Virus record (IMG/VR): IMGVR_UViG_3300003177_000005
Span: 1 to 64,000 of that record
DNA: 64,000 bases
DNA from: a virus
Strand: one strand, 5' to 3'
Shown piece by piece: positions 62,019-64,000 of the stretch (the first letter of the stretch is position 1; each line of letters opens with the position of its first letter). The position numbers were made by a program, and so were the translations under genes. The notes under the pieces were generated by a model. It was not told the DNA's origin and ran no database searches. It saw only the letters and a list, made by a program, of their open reading frames with translations.

Positions 62019-62351
62019 ATGGAAGAGATGTATATTAAATCGTTATATAAAGAACACGGTGATAAAGATGTTGAAAAGGTAAAGGTTAACCTATATAAGG
62101 ATCCTACAGGTTATGAGTTAAATATACCAATTAACTTAGTTTTAGAGGCTTTTAATAAAGAAGGTCGATTACTTTATAAAGCATTATGTAAAGATCATAG
62201 TTGTAAAAAAGATCATCCCAATTATTCAGAAAATGAGAAATGGTTTGACATTAATTATTACCAGAAACAACGAGAGGTTAGTAATTTTATTTTACATTTT
62301 GTTTATTATACATCACCTAGAAATGGTAATGTTGAATTTAAAACATATTAG
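62019..62351 (+). CDS. Hypothetical protein
   Basis: AAAGGA RBS. Confidence 0.7.
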   Translation: MEEMYIKSLYKEHGDKDVEKVKVNLYKDPTGYELNIPINLVLEAFNKEGRLLYKALCKDHSCKKDHPNYSENEKWFDINYYQKQREVSNFILHFVYYTSPRNGNVEFKTY

Positions 62352-62365
62352 AAGGGAGATTAGTT

Positions 62366-62929
62366 TTGATAACTTCGAATAAAACAAAAGTATCTGTTAA
62401 AGATACCGAGATAATCTTAAAGAGTTTAGTCGCTAATAATAAAGGTACTAAATTAATTAGTAACATAGAAAAGAAAGGTTTTGAAACTATTACAGCTGTT
62501 TCTAGAAATGATGAAAATGTTATTTTTATAGTTTTTACTAAAGGTTTAAAAAATGATGATCGAGTCTCTATTAGATTCGATTTGATTAGGAATTTATGGA
62601 GAGTAACTTTTGTTGTTATTGGTAAAAGGAAACAACCTGGTGATTTTAAAAAACTATTAAGAGATAATTTAGTTATTATTAGGAAACAGAGTAAGGTTTA
62701 TCTTTTCGATTTAAAGTCTAATAAAAAATTTAATATTCATTTAGATTTACAATTAGAAATGATTAACAATATTAATTATGATAGAGAAAAAAGGGTTTTA
62801 GAAATAGTAGATGATTATGAAAATCTTTTAATTCTAAGATTTGAAGAGACTAAGATTAGTGGTTATACCCATAAAGGTTTTTATCTTAAAGAAATTATTT
62901 TAGGAGAAGAAGATGTTAAAAAAGTATAA
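62366..62929 (+). CDS. Hypothetical protein
   Basis: TTG start with AAGGGAG RBS. Confidence 0.7.
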   Translation: MITSNKTKVSVKDTEIILKSLVANNKGTKLISNIEKKGFETITAVSRNDENVIFIVFTKGLKNDDRVSIRFDLIRNLWRVTFVVIGKRKQPGDFKKLLRDNLVIIRKQSKVYLFDLKSNKKFNIHLDLQLEMINNINYDREKRVLEIVDDYENLLILRFEETKISGYTHKGFYLKEIILGEEDVKKV

Positions 62930-63473
62930 TAAAAATGGTTTTGTTATGGAAGAATACAACGATAGAATAAAGTTCTATTCTTATAATACTCCATTATATG
63001 TGAATGTTCTTTATATTAATTTTAAAGATATAGAAAAATATAGTTTTGAGATAGTTACTGTTCTTAAAACTCGCTGTATAATTAATCTTAAAATCAAAAC
63101 AGATCAAGGTATCCTACTAAAAGATTTTCAGATAAGTTTAAGAAAAGAAGAAACTAGATGGTATATCTATCAAATAGTAGATTTAAATAAACAAATGTTT
63201 GAGTCTTTTTTAGAGATTATCGCTCCTGATTTAGTCTTAGCATACACACCAAAAAAAGTGTTAAAATTATTTAGACGGAACTATATACATGTAGATACTC
63301 TTAAATTTGAACCAAATCTTTTCTTAATAGATTATGGTAACCCTATTTTTAACCAGATGACAAGAAAAATAAAAGAATTAGTTCTGTTTAATAAAGATAA
63401 TACAACTTTTATTTTAAAACAATATAAAGATGATAAAGCATTTTATCTAACTAAATTTTTAATAACAAATTAA
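62913..63473 (+). CDS. Hypothetical protein
   Basis: AGGAG RBS; overlapping operon. Confidence 0.7.
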   Translation: MLKKYNKNGFVMEEYNDRIKFYSYNTPLYVNVLYINFKDIEKYSFEIVTVLKTRCIINLKIKTDQGILLKDFQISLRKEETRWYIYQIVDLNKQMFESFLEIIAPDLVLAYTPKKVLKLFRRNYIHVDTLKFEPNLFLIDYGNPIFNQMTRKIKELVLFNKDNTTFILKQYKDDKAFYLTKFLITN

Positions 63474-63488
63474 CAAAAAGGAACAGTA

Positions 63489-63866
63489 ATGATTTGGGAA
63501 TTAAAACCAACAAAAGGAAGACCTAAAATAAAAGATTTTATCTATGATAGAATAGGTAGTGAAACGGTTATACCAAATGAGACTAATGTTTTTAGATACA
63601 TAACTATATTGGCTAAATACGAACTTAAAAAAGATTATAAAGAACTAACTATAATCAAGAAGACTAAGTGTACCTTCGAAGCAAAGATAGATAAAGAGTT
63701 AGACCTTGTTATAACAGCCGTTAAAGCAACAGATGAACTTATGTTTAGAACATACTATATTATCAGATATAATAAAAAATATTATATTTGTAGTAATTCA
63801 AAGTATGATAATTTACTAATGAAGTTCATACTAGATCATAGAGCTAGGGTTAACGAAATCAGTTAG
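63489..63866 (+). CDS. Hypothetical protein
   Basis: AAGGA RBS. Confidence 0.7.
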   Translation: MIWELKPTKGRPKIKDFIYDRIGSETVIPNETNVFRYITILAKYELKKDYKELTIIKKTKCTFEAKIDKELDLVITAVKATDELMFRTYYIIRYNKKYYICSNSKYDNLLMKFILDHRARVNEIS

Positions 63867-63870
63867 ATTT

Positions 63871-63910
63871 TATCAATATATTTTTTTAATTAGTGAGAAA
63901 TATCACTATA
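63871..63910 (+). promoter_or_regulatory. Early-type promoter with 5' hairpin
   Basis: TATCAA-TATATTTT...TAGTGA-gaaata-TCACTA; downstream TATTTTAATTAAGGAG identical to 60561-60576. Confidence 0.65.
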
Positions 63911-63931
63911 TTTTAATTAAGGAGTTAAAAG

Positions 63932-64000
63932 ATGTTTATTAAAGACATAGAATGTCATATCATTTGTTTCCAAAGTGCTGGTTACTATTACTATGGGGAA
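63932..64000 (+). CDS. Partial hypothetical protein (runs off the window)
   Basis: AAGGAG RBS, ATG 63932, open to the edge. Confidence 0.6.
   Translation, partial: MFIKDIECHIICFQSAGYYYYGE

Noticed and set aside
15633-63908. AGTGA-N6-TCACT as a CRP/FNR-type operator
   Set aside because: It resembles TGTGA-N6-TCACA, but the spacer varies 5-7 nt and substitutions preserve G.U pairs, so an RNA hairpin is favoured; a protein operator is not fully excluded
1-64000. Stop-codon reassignment (code 4 or 15)
   Set aside because: Long core genes are open in the standard code, TAG and TGA end genes at normal boundaries, and gene breaks are frameshifts rather than in-frame TAG/TGA
1-64000. CRISPR array, tRNA genes, transposase, integrase or reverse transcriptase
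   Set aside because: No regularly spaced repeats, cloverleafs or catalytic motifs recognised by eye; a tRNAscan or CRISPR-finder run would be needed to exclude them

Overview
This very AT-rich window is part of a phiKZ-like jumbo phage genome (Chimalliviridae-type). The virion and morphogenesis genes are a giant tape-measure-like protein (>2,500 aa, running off the left edge, with lambda-type lysozyme and M15 peptidase domains), two virion RNA polymerase subunits (one with the DFDGD catalytic motif), prohead protease, tail sheath and tube, holin and SLT endolysin, and a terminase large subunit that is broken at its nuclease end. The replication and metabolism genes are NAD ligase, RecJ, Dam-type MTase, PhuZ tubulin, family B DNA polymerase, NrdB split by a group I intron with a decayed homing endonuclease, dTMP kinase, ThyX, macrodomains and an HU/IHF-domain protein. 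An accessory region of small hypothetical genes follows. The most unusual signal is a family of early-promoter cassettes: a TATATTAT box followed by a 5' AGTGA-N5-7-TCACT hairpin. Three of them continue into a multi-hairpin leader RNA with co-varying stems and GNRA tetraloops, and one (44779-45142) folds over almost its entire transcript, including a small ORF. Several homopolymer frameshifts suggest residual assembly indels, so broken genes need read-level confirmation. All phiKZ orthology calls come from motif recall and gene order, not from database searches.
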